This document shows, in pieces, positions 11,761 through 24,377 of a stretch of DNA of 64,000 nucleotides (positions within the stretch are counted from its first letter, which is position 1; each line of letters starts with the position of its first letter). Made by a program: the position numbers and the translations under genes. This stretch comes from Eledone cirrhosa. Its lineage: Eukaryota. The notes below the pieces were generated by a model. The model made no database searches. It saw only the letters and a program-made list of their open reading frames with translations, and was not told where the DNA came from. The stretch is from assembly GCA_964016885.1 (NCBI GenBank), contig OZ024752.1, positions 20,088,001 through 20,152,000 on the forward strand. The letters are read 5' to 3'.

Positions 11761-14206
11761 GTCAGCCAAACTAGTGAGCGCTGTAACTCAACAACAATCC
11801 TTGAAGAACCAGCTGCCTTCCCTAACCTCATTGCTTTACCTACCATACTGCTACCAACTCTGATATATATATATATATATGTAGTAATATGTGATATTTT
11901 GAATTATATATACAGATATATATATGAGAGCTGACCTCAAATCACTAATACTGACAGAGGAGATGAAGGAACGCAACAAGTGGTGAGATGCTTTGCTGAG
12001 GACCCGTCCAACCCATGCAAGCATGGAAAAGGAGACATAAAAACCACGATGATGATGATGATATATATATAAATTAATTGAAGCTGGTTATATTTAATGC
12101 AACAATCGTAAAATTATTCATTCTGTTGGATTAAATAAAAAATAATCTTTAAATATACTTTTCCGCATTTTCAACCTCACTTTTTAACTATATATATATA
12201 TATATATGTGTGTACAGTATATATATATAGGCACTCTGCCCATTATAATGAGTAGATTTCTTAAACTATTTAATAACTTTACAAATGTTTCAATACATAT
12301 ATATTGGGTATAACAGAGCATTGTCAAATATTGTAAATCTTCAGAAGAAATATAAACAAGTATAAAATGACCTGGGATTCCGCAAGCTCAAAAGGAAAAC
12401 AAAATTGTTGTACAAAGTACAGCTCGATGTTTTTTCCCCTCTTTTACTAAATTGTAATAACAAAGACAATTTGTTAAATATGCTGTGTTATTATATGTCC
12501 TTAATTTCTTCAATTCTTAAAACAACAGATCTTTCTACAATGACATAAACACATTGAGTTTGAAATTTTTATTACTTTTTATTACTGGGCACATGACTGG
12601 CTTTTATAGTTTCCAACTACCAATTTCCATTCACAAGGAAGTGGACAACCCATGGCTATATCATCATCATCACTGTTTAACGTCCATTTTCTATGCTAGC
12701 ATGGGTTAGACAGGTTGTCCTGTTTGAGGCAAGTCGAGATCAGTTGAGCATATCTTGCTTATACAGAACGACTTTTCACTTGGTTTGTACAGCTGGATGC
12801 CCATCCTAACACCAATCACTTTTACAGTGAGTATTGGGTGCTTTTTGTCATGACATCTACACAACCACTTTACAGTGTACAATGGACACTTTTTACCATG
12901 TTGCCATCACAACCACATTACTGTATGGACTTAGGGTTTGGTGGGAAGGGTGTGTGCCACACAGTTGGACTGGTCTGAAAACCATGTGGTTAACCACACA
13001 GCCATGCCTGCATCTATTATGATGAGACAATGACGTATGTATTTTTAGTTTAATGTTCTGTTATGTTGATACCTACTTACCTATTCTTCTCCTCTTAGGT
13101 TAACACTGACTCATAACCGGTTGAAATAATTATTATAATGGTGTTGGCTTGCCAGAATCATCAGAGCAGTAAACAAAATGTCTTGTATATAGTTATGACT
13201 CTAATATTTGTCATTGTTGTTGTTGTCATCATCATTTAATGTCCATTCTCCCTAATAGGAATATTTGGACAGGTTGTCACAAACCAAGAAGTATTTAAGC
13301 CTCTGAGCTCTGACAGACAGACTAGCGATCTGTATTTCATTTACATAAATTTATCATGGCACTAGCACTAGGGAGGCTGTCATGTCTTTGACACAGATAA
13401 AGTATACTTTTGACCCTTTGTTTGGCAGATTATCTACAGCTGGATGCCCTTCCTATCACCAACCACCTTACAGTGTGTGTTTATCACATTGATCAACACT
13501 AGAAGGGTTGTAATGTTGTATCTTTGACGCAGCTAAAGAATTCTCCGTTCAAATCCTGCTAAAGTAAAGTTTGCCTTTCATTCTTCTAGTATTGGCATAA
13601 CAACAGTTTAGTAACCCCCACCTCACTTGTTTCCCCATAACTTTTTAACTTTTTTAATTATGACTATTTGAAATGCTGAAGAAATACATTTTTGAGGGTG
13701 TAGAATACAATAATGATGATGAAGTTCTTTTTTTTTTTTTATATTTCTTTTATTTTTCCACAATTCAGAGTTGTAGGATTGATATTGCATTCCTCCATAA
13801 ACAGTATCCTGACTTTTATTATTCATTATCAAGGTGAAACTAGGTGTGATGGAAAAGGATGATGTGTAGTCTACTACAAACATAAATTGAAATGATTCGG
13901 CAAATGAAAACATTAACAAATGGAACTATATATAACAATGAAATGTTTTTTAAAAGGATATTATCATAAAACACCCCTCTCAATTTCAATGGGAAATACC
14001 CCCCCCCCCCGGTACTAATAACTAATCTGACCAGGAACATGCTCGCAATCGACTTTTTTTCCGGAAAAAAATGTCTGAACATTCCATAGCACCCTTAATG
14101 TAGTTTTCAGAGTGATTCAATGTGTGCGACAAAGATGGTTCTTTGAAATGCAGGTGCAACTCATTTTTGCCAGCTGATTGGACTGGAGTATCATGCTCAA
14201 GGACAC

Positions 14207-14482
14207 TGTTGTATGGACTGGGAATCGAACTCACAACCTCATTGTTGTATGGACTGTTAAATTTCTATTCAATTTACACGTGCTCACACATTTGCATATG
14301 AATCACGTGACCTGGGCAGTCAGTTAGCATTGGTATTAAAAACTCGGTCACAGACTGCTACTTACTTACTTTATGTTATTCTGCTACTGCGAGGAGGGGC
14401 GTTTTGGTTGTTTCGCAAATTACACAAATTATTTGATATAACTCGTTGTGTTTTCTCTGCAAGTACCGAGAGGAATACAATA
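14207..14482 (+). repeat. 5' LTR
   Basis: Nearly identical to 18794-19064 (about 5 substitutions and small indels). Confidence 0.95.
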
Positions 14483-14490
14483 GAGTTTAT

Positions 14491-14508
14491 TGGCGTCGAC
14501 GATAGGAT
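14491..14508 (+). other. Primer-binding site, tRNA-Ser-like
   Basis: TGGCGTCGACGATAGGAT matches the TGGCGACGAGGATGGGAT type at 15/18 positions (type recalled from memory). Confidence 0.6.
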
Positions 14509-14545
14509 TTACCTACATTGCCGGGAAATTGTTTATCACAAAAAC

Positions 14546-17500
14546 ATGGTGGAAAAACAAACAGCGGAGCTGATAAAGTTGTTTAGAGAACAGATGGAAC
14601 AACAAATGCAACAACACAAGAAAGATATGGACACTCTGATAAAACTGTTTGGTGCTCGAGATTCTGAACAACAGAGTTTATTGGCGTCGCCAGTTGCTTC
14701 GACACCAACAGCATTCATCCCACCATTTGCTGCTTTTGATTCAACAACAGAACTATAGCCTGATTACTGGTCAAGATTCTGCACGTTTGTGGCTGCTAAC
14801 GCTGTACCCGAGCAACGCATGGCACAAGTGTTCCTGACTAATCAGACGGCTGCTATCTACAAACAACTTGCAAATCTGGCTGCTCAACAAAATCCGCCTA
14901 AGAATATCAACAAGTTGTCAATGGACGAAATTGTTGACTTCATGAAAGAACAGTTCGACCCAAAACTTTTCATTGTGAGAGAACGTTTCAAGTTCTGGAG
15001 TGACATGCAACGGAAGCCAAGCGAAACTCTCCAGGAGCTGGCAGCACGTATACGTCAGGATGCAGCTACCTGTGATTTTCCTTCGATCACAAATCCACAA
15101 GATGAAGCTCTAAGACAGAGATTTATATGTTCTGTCAATAATGAAGCTGTGTTGAAGGCTATTTTCAAGATCAAGGATACAGAACTAGATTTCGCCCGTG
15201 CTGTCCAAGTTGCCATCGGGACCGAAGATGCAGCAAAGGTTGCCAAGGAAACTGTTTACGGTTCCAAAACCAAGCAAGTCTACAAGGTCCAGCAGAACAA
15301 GAACAAGGGTCCTCGAAAGAACTATCAGCAGTCTTATTCCACAGACCAGGAGATGTGCTACCGATGTGGAAAGGCCCACAAAGCGACAGACTGCCCCTTC
15401 AAAGAAGCCAAATGTCATTTTTGTGACAAAAAGGGACATTTGCAAGCGGTGTGTAGAAAGAAATAACATCAGCAACATAATCATCGCTCACAGAATTACG
15501 TGAAAAGAATCACGAAAGCTGAGCTAGTCAAGGCGATCCTTGGTGAAGTTCCCCACGATACTCATAGTTTGAATGTGCCAATAACAATCCAGAACAGACT
15601 TTTCACAATGGAATTGGACACAGCTACTACAGGCAATTTTGTTTCCTTGTCAGTTTGGAAACAATTAGGAAAACCGAAGCTGCAAGATGTCAAACATCGG
15701 TTTGAATCTGCCAGCAAGCACGACCTGCCCGTTCCGGGAACTTTCATGGGGCAAACCAAGGATCCAACGACCGGTAAATGGAATTCAATACCCTACATCG
15801 TCACCAAGATCCCTGATCTTAATTTGCTGGGACGAAACGCTATCCAGACTCTGGGAATTTCCGTGGACAATGCTCTAGGATTGAAAAGCATAGACAGCCA
15901 GGCCAAGAGTGAGGGTGCAGAAGTGATGCATCCAAAGACCTCAAATGAGCCCTATATTTCCATGCAACGAGATTGTCACAACATGTGTGATGAATTCCCA
16001 GATCTCTTCAAGCAAGAATTGGGATGTCTTAATGACTTCGAACTCGAAGTGAAGTTCAAGTCGGACGCGACACCGGTCTTTCACAAGGCACGCCCGGTCC
16101 CGCCGTTTGCTCTTCGTGATGACCTGGCCAAAGGTTACGAAGAAGGCATCGCCAAAGGAATCTGGAAGCCAGTACAGTTCAACGAATACGGAACGCCAGT
16201 GGTACCGATTCGTAAAGCACATACTTCAGGCAACCTGAAGCCCAAATTATGGATTTGTGGTGACTACTCTGTGGGAATTAATGACCAACTTGCAGATCAT
16301 CGTCATCCAATGCCACTCCCAGAGGAACTGATGCAGAAGCTCGGAGGTGGATTCAGATACACAAAGATTGATCTTGCTGATGCCTATAATCAGATCAAGC
16401 TGGCTCCAGAAAGTCAACGCAGGCTTGCACTCAGCACTCACCGTGGGGTGCTCCTGCAGGAATGACTCCCTTTCGGAATCAAGTCAGCACCTGGTTACTT
16501 TCAGGAGATCATGGAAAACCTGACTCAAGATCTACCTGGTGTGGCCGTCTTCCAGGACGACATGCTCGTCAGTGGGAAAGATGCAAACGATCACCTGAAC
16601 AACCTAAAGTGTCTGCTCACACGTCTGTGCGACAAAGGACTCAGATGTCGCCGTGACAAGTGCCAGTTTGCACTACCCAGTGTGGAATACCTTGGACACA
16701 CCTTGTCGGCTGAAGGGATCGCGAAGGGATCCAAGGTCGAAGCAGTTTTAAAGATGCCACCTCCAACGAACGTCTCAAGCTTGAAGTCTTTCCTGGGTTC
16801 AGTTCAGTTCTATGGAAAGTTTATCCCAAACCTGGCCAGCATGGCAGAGCCACTCTATTGCCTTACGAAAAAAACGACTACTTGGAAGTGGGGAGATGAA
16901 GAATAGTCAGCTTTCGATCAGTTGAAAAATGTGCTTTCATCGGATCGAGTTCTGATACACTTCGATCCAAACAAAACTTTGAGACTGGCTTGCGACGCAT
17001 CAAACGTTGGTATTGGAGCAGTCCTGTTTCACCGCTATCCTGATGGAAGCGAGCGCCCAATATCCAATGTGTCCAAGACTCTTACTTCTGCACAGCGTAA
17101 CTACGGCCAAATTCAAAAGGAAGCCCTGGCCATCATATTTGGCTTGCAGAAGTTCTATCAGTATCTGTACGGACATCAGTTTATACTCGTAACTGACCAC
17201 AAGCCACTGACATCACTGTTCAGTCCGAGGAAAGGGACGCCACTTCTCGCTGCTAACCGACTAGCACGGTGGGCCCTGTGGCTGAACCAGTTTGACTACA
17301 CCATCGAATATCGGAAAACAGCGGATCATGGCAATGCAGATGCCCTCAGTCGCTTGCCATTTGGTAATGACATCAACTTTGACAGGAAGGAAAATGGTGA
17401 AGACATGGACATGGTGTGCGCCATCAAAGCTCTCAGTCTTCAAGTCCAACCTATCGATTCTAACGTCTTCCGTCAAGAGTCAGGGAAAGATCCAGTGATA

Positions 17501-18759
17501 TCTACAGTGATACGCTACGTCCGTGAAGGCTGGCCACCAAAGAATACTGAGATCAATGACGAAGTCAATAAGTTCCGGAAGTTATCGGATTCACTCAGTA
17601 TCTGCCACAGATGCCTTATCCATGGATCGAGAATTGTGATTCCGCATAGCTTACAGCCAAAGATCCTCAATCTTCTGCATCTCGGACACTTTGGCATGGA
17701 GCGCATGAAACAATTGGCAAGAACTGCTGTTTATTGGCCTGGTATCGATGCTGCTATAGAGAAAACCAGTCGACAATGTGATTCGTGTGGTGAACATCAA
17801 ACCCAGCCATCCAAGTCTCCAGTTCACCCATGGATGTTACCTGAAAAGCCGTGGAGCCGCTTACACCTGGACCACGCAATAAATTTCATGGGCAGGAATT
17901 GGTTGGTGATCACAGATGCTTATTCCAAGTATCCATGCATTCATCCTACGTCATCCACGTCCTCCAGAGCCACTTTAGATCTGCTTGAAGAAGACTTTGC
18001 GCACTTTGGATTTCCTCACACGCTAGTCACCGATAACGCACCAACTTTTATTTCTGAGGAGTTCCAGAGCTGGTGCAAAGAACGTGGGATCACGCACCTG
18101 ACAGGGGCACCTTACCACCCAGCTACTAACGGAATAGCGGAACGTTTGGTGCAGACCTTCAAACAAGCTCTGAGGAAGACTTCTCTTCCGCCGAAGCGAG
18201 CACTTCAAGAGTTCTTGATGCAGTACCGGAGAACACCGACATCCAGTGGATTCTCTCCGAGTGAACTTTTGAATCACCGGCAGATACGGACAAGGATTGA
18301 TAAGGCAAGCAGTCTAAGGAAGCATATAAGTCTCAGATGACTCCGGACTCGGCAGGTGTCGCTAAGGTTATCAGGCAGTACAAGGCTGGAGATCCTGTGT
18401 ATGCACTGTACTACGGACCTCGCCGAGACAAAGATCCCCGATGGGTACCAGCAATCATTAAGAAGTCATTGGGTACTCGCTGCTTCAACATTAAGGTCAT
18501 ACCTCATGGCCCGGTATGGAGACGACACTGGGAACAGCTGCAACCGCGGTACACTACTGAGGAAGACAATGAACCTGGTGATGCAGTAGACACTGTTTTT
18601 GAATTTACAACAGATCACCCGATGGAGATCTCGGAAATCGTGCCACTAACTCCAAGACAGACCAGACCCAAGACCTTGTTGCCCGTTCCAGAGTATGGAC
18701 CAGACAATCGAAGACGGTCCAAGAGAACTCGTAAACCCCCAGAGAGACTTTGCTGTTGA
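14546..18759 (+). pseudogene. Gypsy gag-pol polyprotein with 4 in-frame stops and a 3' frameshift
   Basis: Two Cys/His knuckles (CYRCGKAHKATDC, CHFCDKKGHLQAVC), protease LDTA, RT FQDD, RNase H LACDAS, integrase HHCC and D-D-E (HLDH, VTDN, IAER); ORF pieces starting 14789, 15500, 16511 and 16922 are in one frame. Confidence 0.93.
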
Positions 18760-18793
18760 TGCTTCTTTTGTCGCATCAATTTCGGTGGGGAGG

Positions 18794-19064
18794 TGTTGTA
18801 TGGACTGGGAATCGAACTCACAACCTCATTATTGTATGGACTGTTAAATTTCTATTCAATTTACACGTGCTCACACATTTGCATATGAATCACGTGACCT
18901 GGGCAGTCAGTCAGCGTTGGTATTAAAAACTCGGTCACAGACTACTTACTTACTTTGTTATTCTGCTACTGCGAGGAGGGGCGTTTTGGTTGTTTCGCAA
19001 ATTACACAAATTATTTGATATAACTCGTTGTGTTTTCTCTGCGAGTACCGAGAGGAATACAACA
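18794..19064 (+). repeat. 3' LTR
   Basis: Preceded by PPT GGTGGGGAGG; ends in CA, followed by the TSD. Confidence 0.95.
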
Positions 19065-19179
19065 GACACAGTGCCGGGAATCAACTCATGGCCACCCTAG
19101 GCTTTAAACCACAGTTGAGTATTCCACAAACCACGCGTCTTTAGTAGCTACTGGTACGGGCGTCGAATTGGAATGTACC

Positions 19180-19420
19180 CCCATCAACGGAACAGCCTGC
19201 TCGTGAAATTAACGTGTGTGTGGTTGAGTATTCCACAGACACGTATACCGTTAACGTAATTGGCAGGGAGATTAAGCAGTGTGTGACAAGACTTTTGAAT
19301 TACAAATACAGCTATTTTTTTGTCAGCTAAGTGTAGTGAAGTAATGTGAAATAAAGTGTCTTGCTCAAGGACACGAACTCACGGCTTTATGATCGTGAGC
19401 CCAGCATCTAACCGCTATGT
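19180..19420 (-). mobile_element. CORE-type SINE, second tail family (GGAACAGCCTGCTCGTGAAATTAAC)
   Basis: Related copies at ~22270-22960, 32110-32345, 41660-41880, 53860-54125 and on both sides of the Gypsy element. Confidence 0.75.
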
Positions 19421-19469
19421 TACTTGTCTTCATACACTTTAAATAGAATAAACCTAAAGTAAAACTACT

Positions 19470-19560
19470 CTTCCAGCGTGTCTCGCCCACCATCTTCCGG
19501 GGAAGCGCTTTCTCTTTTCTGTCCGCCGGGGGGGGGGGGGTCCAACGCGTGGGCCCCCAT
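19470..19560. promoter_or_regulatory. Candidate CpG-rich promoter patch
   Basis: Local CpG/GC enrichment with overlapping YY1-like CCATCTT and ETS-like CTTCCGG; no transcript evidence. Confidence 0.3.
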
Positions 19561-22296
19561 TTGCTCATAATAGTAGATGAGGAGAGACGAAAGCAGTGAC
19601 AGTAGGAGTTTGTTTCCTTTGTGTTCTGACCTGGTGTATATATATGTATGTTTCACGGACACACACACAGGCTGAGGCAGTGTAGTTATAAACAGATTAA
19701 ACCAACTGTAGTCTCCCATAAAATGTGTGACTTTCTACTAAAGCTAAAAAGAAAAATCAATTTCCGATTACCTATATCTCTTATCCTTTTTAAAAATATT
19801 TTTCATTGTATTATCCATTTCTTTGCTTTATGTCAGTAAAACGTCTTTTAGAAGAATCTCGGTGGATATAAAACGTGCTATTCGTTGACAGATTTTCGCC
19901 TACTACTGTCTGACATATTATATCATTCACCATTTCCCCCCATCCTCCTCCTCCCTCTGAATATTTATGAAACATTGAAGGCAAATCAAGTTGGCCTAGA
20001 ATCTACGTAGCTTAATATAATAAATTCTTTGTAGCTATCCAGCTGATAAAGTTTTATTTGGAAGTGCTCGTCGAGCGGAAGTTGAGAGTGACGTCCCTTT
20101 GCAGAGGAAGCACTTTTAATGTTGCTATATACAGACAGGATTACCTTCACCCCCGATTTGATGACACTTGCATTATATTGGTAGCAGACACATCACCCGG
20201 TACCGTATAGATATCAGCGTTAATAAGGTACAGCTGAGTTCAAATAGATGTGTATAATTCTAAATGTCGAATATAATTACGACAACGACATCCTTTTTTT
20301 ACTCCAATGATAACCTTAGAAAGGCGACAGAGTATTTGTGTGTTTATCCCGCTGCATGCTTCAGTACACATGTGTATAACTTTACTATTAGTTCATGTAT
20401 TATACTTATGGCAATGTATGTGTGTACGATTGCATATACGTCAGCATGTATGTTTACTTTATCTCATGTTTTTATGTGCGTGTTTGTCTCTGCAGATATG
20501 TGTATGTGTCTATACGTCAGCATGTGTCTTCTTATGTTTACTCTCTCTCCATCTCTCTCCCCCTCTCTCTCTCTGTATATGTAATATACGTATGTCTCTT
20601 TCTGGCTGTGTCAGTATGTGAAGATCTTTATTTATCAGACAGCATTACACGTGTATATATGTTTCATTTTGCGTGAGTATAAGATGCGTACATTTATGTG
20701 TTATTGTTGGTTAACCCTAGGATATACAGGTAGTCATTTGAATGATTCGGCGCGATGACCAAATCTGATCTTTCGTTGTTTATCGTGTAGATGGTGTCTA
20801 GCTAGTTTGTTGCCCGTGTGGGAAAAGGTTATTGAGGAGAGAAGGTTGATATTATCAGTGTAGGAGTGTGTGGTTAGAAGTGACTACAAGAAGCTCGAGT
20901 AGTATATACAAGGGATGCTTTACAAAAGAATGGAATCAATAAAAAAAAAAAAAAAGGCGTGGTTATAGATTGTCAATTCGACTAAAAGTAGGTCGCTTCA
21001 CTCAGCACGTCGAGACGAGCCTAATCATAAAATAGGACCTGGTCAGAGTTAACCCCCTCGATCTTTGAGCCAGCCAGATTGTCCAGGGTCGATTGGAAGA
21101 AGCCCGGTTAGAACTGGTTTCCAACCTTTTGTGGACAAATTCCTCACTTCAACAGCTCAAAAGTTGTTAGGCCCAGCCTTGATATGGAAACAGCGATGAT
21201 CAACTGTAAAGTGTAAACAAATCAAAGTATAGGTGGTGCCAGGTACACAATAACATGTGTTATGGAGGAGATGAGACAGGAGTTTCTAACGTAGCAAATG
21301 TGTAGCAAGATTGCATCGGTGTAAAAGTACACTGACATTCTGCCGAGCATGCATGCTTCATTTCTTTACAGTTGTAGATTTTCTACATTCATGACCCGCG
21401 TCTCATTACCTTACAGCAGAGCAGTTTAGAATCAAATCTCTACAATTCCCATTTAAATTGTACATCATATTTAAAATAAAATAAAATACTAGCTTTGAAA
21501 AAAGAATGGTTTATAACCAGCTCTTGAGGTACAGTAGTAATAGCATTGTGGTTGGAGTTGTTTTGTTAGTGCATGCTGCAGTTGAGTGGTCTAATGACAA
21601 GAAACTTCCCATTCAAAATATAAGAATTATATAAAGTGCATAGGCAGAGAATTATACCAGAAAGGCCTCATTACAGTTGCAGGTTTTGCAGAGTTTAATG
21701 GTAACAACATTTTTTCTCAATGAAGTTCTCAACGGTGGTAGTGCCTGTATTTTGTACCAGCTTGGCCAAGGTTTTGACAGAAAACTCCGAGGCCAGGCAA
21801 AGTATTTATATAAGTAATAATGAGTTTTTGTGTAATAAATCAAATTCACTTCTCCATATAATTGAAAAGTTGCAATAAATATATGGCTGCTGGCATGTCT
21901 AAGTGTTGACATATCGGCCATCAACCTCTTAGCTAATGCAACTGCAGAACAACACTTAAGTGCTTGATTCTCTCTTCTATAAAGTTTCTATTGGTAGATG
22001 GTGAGGAGTGAGGGTCATGTTGGGAAGAAAGGGAGACACAATGAGAAACATAGATTGTTTGATTTTAAACAAATTCCTTTTGAGTAATTGCTGTCATTGA
22101 ATCAGTGTAATGTAAGATGTCTATGTTTGCTTTTATTTTTTTGCTTGGTGTCAGTTTTTGCAAGTATCATTTACCTAATAGTTACACTGCTTATATTTTA
22201 AAATATGCATTAGGAATACATTATGTATACTTTTCTATGTTATAAATATATATACATATATGTATCTTGTAAAGGTGCATAGCTTTGTGGTTAGGG

Positions 22297-22654
22297 CAGG
22301 GGTTCTCAAACTGCTGGGACCCACCTTCCCCCCGTACGGCCACGTAAGACCCTCAGCACCTCCCACCCCTATTTCCAGAGAGACCTACTACACACAAATT
22401 GTAAATAATATATAATAAATTAAATCGTTAATTTATATATAATATATAATATATACTATGTATAAATAAATATATATATTTTTATTATTTTACTATATTT
22501 ATATATAATATGTATCATTTGATATTTAATATACAATCATATCATCTCCACCGCTCCTTAGGCTCCAGTGCCCCCCCCCCCGGATCTTCTCAATGCCCCC
22601 ACTCCCACCCCCAACCCGGGAGCGGGGCAGTAGCACTTACTTTGAGAACCTCTG
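22297..22654. mobile_element. hAT-type MITE inserted in a SINE head
   Basis: TIRs CAGGGGTTCTCAAA / TTTGAGAACCTCTG; 8-bp TSD GGTTAGGG / GGTTAAGG; same family as 63602-63920. Confidence 0.85.
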
Positions 22655-23651
22655 GGTTAAGGTATTCAGCTTACAGTCATAAAGTCATGAGTTTGATTCT
22701 TAACAGCGCATTGTGTCCTTGAGCAAGACACTTTATTTCATGCTGCTCCAGTCCACTCAGCTGGCAAAAATCAGTTGTACCTGTATTTCAAAGGGTCAGC
22801 CTTGTCACATTGTGTCGTACTGAATCTCCCTGAGAACTACATTAAGGGTATGCATGTCTGTGGAATGCTCAGCTACTTGCATGTTCATTTCATGAGCAGG
22901 CTGTTCCATTGATCGGATCAACTGGAACATTCGTCATCGTAACAGATGAAGCCCCAATCATATTACATACTAGACAACCATCATATTACATACTAGACTA
23001 CCATTATATTACATACTAGACTACCATCATATTACATACTAGACTACCATTATATGTTGACTTTGCCTTTCATCCTTACGGGGTCGATAAAATAAAGTAC
23101 CAGTAATGCACTGGGTAATTGCTGGCCTTGTCCCTAAAGTAGAAACAATTATATTACATACTAGACTACCATTAAATACCAGTAATACACTGGGATAATT
23201 GCTGGCCTTGTGCCAAAAGTAGAAACAATTATATTACACTAGCAGAAAACCACAATTCGGGTGGTTTTCTGCTAGCATGTGTAGTGTGTATATTGATATA
23301 CGCAAGTATATATGCATGTAGATATGATACATCAAATAAAATCGTAATTGACAATATAAACAGAAATTGAACGAAGACGTTGTTACACTGTCTTATGTAA
23401 TCAGTAACGTAATCCATGATACATTAAAAAAAGACGATATTATATATAAACTGCATTAGGAGAAAATTTAGTATGTTTATTTAAGTGATCGCCACTGGAA
23501 GTGTTGACATCACACACTCTCTCTTTCTATATATATGGTAGTTGAAGTGATGGTGGTGGCAACGATATACCGGAAGTGAAACTTTGAAAAGAAGTCAATT
23601 TTAAATTATTTTTGTTTACAAAATTTAGTAGATAAATTATGTTTTGTTTTG

Positions 23652-23952
23652 GTCTGTCAAAAGTGAAAGTTTGCGTCTCAGCAAGCGGTGAACCCTGCCT
23701 ATAGCTCCTCCCGTCGTTTATATCCGTAAAGTGAAATCACAATATTTTTCTTCTCTGTTCAATTTTTTTTATTCTCTGTATGTTTAGCTCGTCCCTAACC
23801 CTAAAAACTAACCCTAACACTAAAAACTAACCCTAACCGTAAATATATTACATATGTTTTAATCTTTAGTCACTTTACGGATATAAACGACGAGAGGAAC
23901 TGTAGGCGGGGTTCACCACTTGCTGAGATGCAAACTTTCACTTTTGACAGAC
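23652..23952. mobile_element. Foldback/MITE-like element with 83-bp inverted arms
   Basis: Arms 23652-23734 and 23870-23952; the spacer contains CCTAAC-type repeats. Confidence 0.75.
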
Positions 23953-24011
23953 AAAAAGAAACCAGTGCCAAATTATGTAATATTCATTCATTATTTATTC
24001 AAAGTAAATAA

Positions 24012-24197
24012 GGCGGTAGAATGGCAGTATCGGTAGAGGGTCGGACGCCATGCTTTGAAGCATAGAGTTACCTTCCTGTATGATCTGAGTTCAAATCCCG
24101 CCGAGGTTAACTTTGCCTTTCATCCTTACGGGGTCGATAAAATAAAGTACCAGTAATGCACTGGGTAATTGCTGGCCTTGTGCCAAAAGTAGAAACA
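24012..24197 (+). mobile_element. Meta-like tRNA SINE
   Basis: Family match; TSD ATTATTTATTCAAAGTAA. Confidence 0.88.
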
Positions 24198-24377
24198 ATT
24201 ATTTATTCAAAGTAATCCAACTTATTTTACTAACAGGATAAAAAAAAAACCCGTACGCAATCCCGCAGACCTTCCTTTATTATAGTTTAAATACTAGACT
24301 ACCATTATATTACATACTAGACTACCATTACATACTAGACTACCATTACATACTAGACTACCATTACATACTAGACT

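Larger units (their letters stand above)
14207..19064 (+). mobile_element. Full-length Ty3/Gypsy LTR retrotransposon (Mag-like), inactivated
   Basis: LTRs 14207-14482 and 18794-19064 (TG...CA), 5-bp TSD GACAC (14202-06, 19065-69), PBS-like 14491-14508, PPT 18784-93, domain order gag-PR-RT-RH-IN. Confidence 0.96.

Noticed and set aside
10005-11934. 589-aa Gly/Ser-rich structural-protein-like ORF
   Set aside because: Begins in a (GT)n microsatellite, overlaps equally long ORFs on both strands, and has no signal peptide
13623-13919. Possible host exon
   Set aside because: Splice-like sites on both strands but no recognisable protein
21652-21924. 90-aa ORF
   Set aside because: No recognisable domain; lies among probable decayed DNA-transposon sequence
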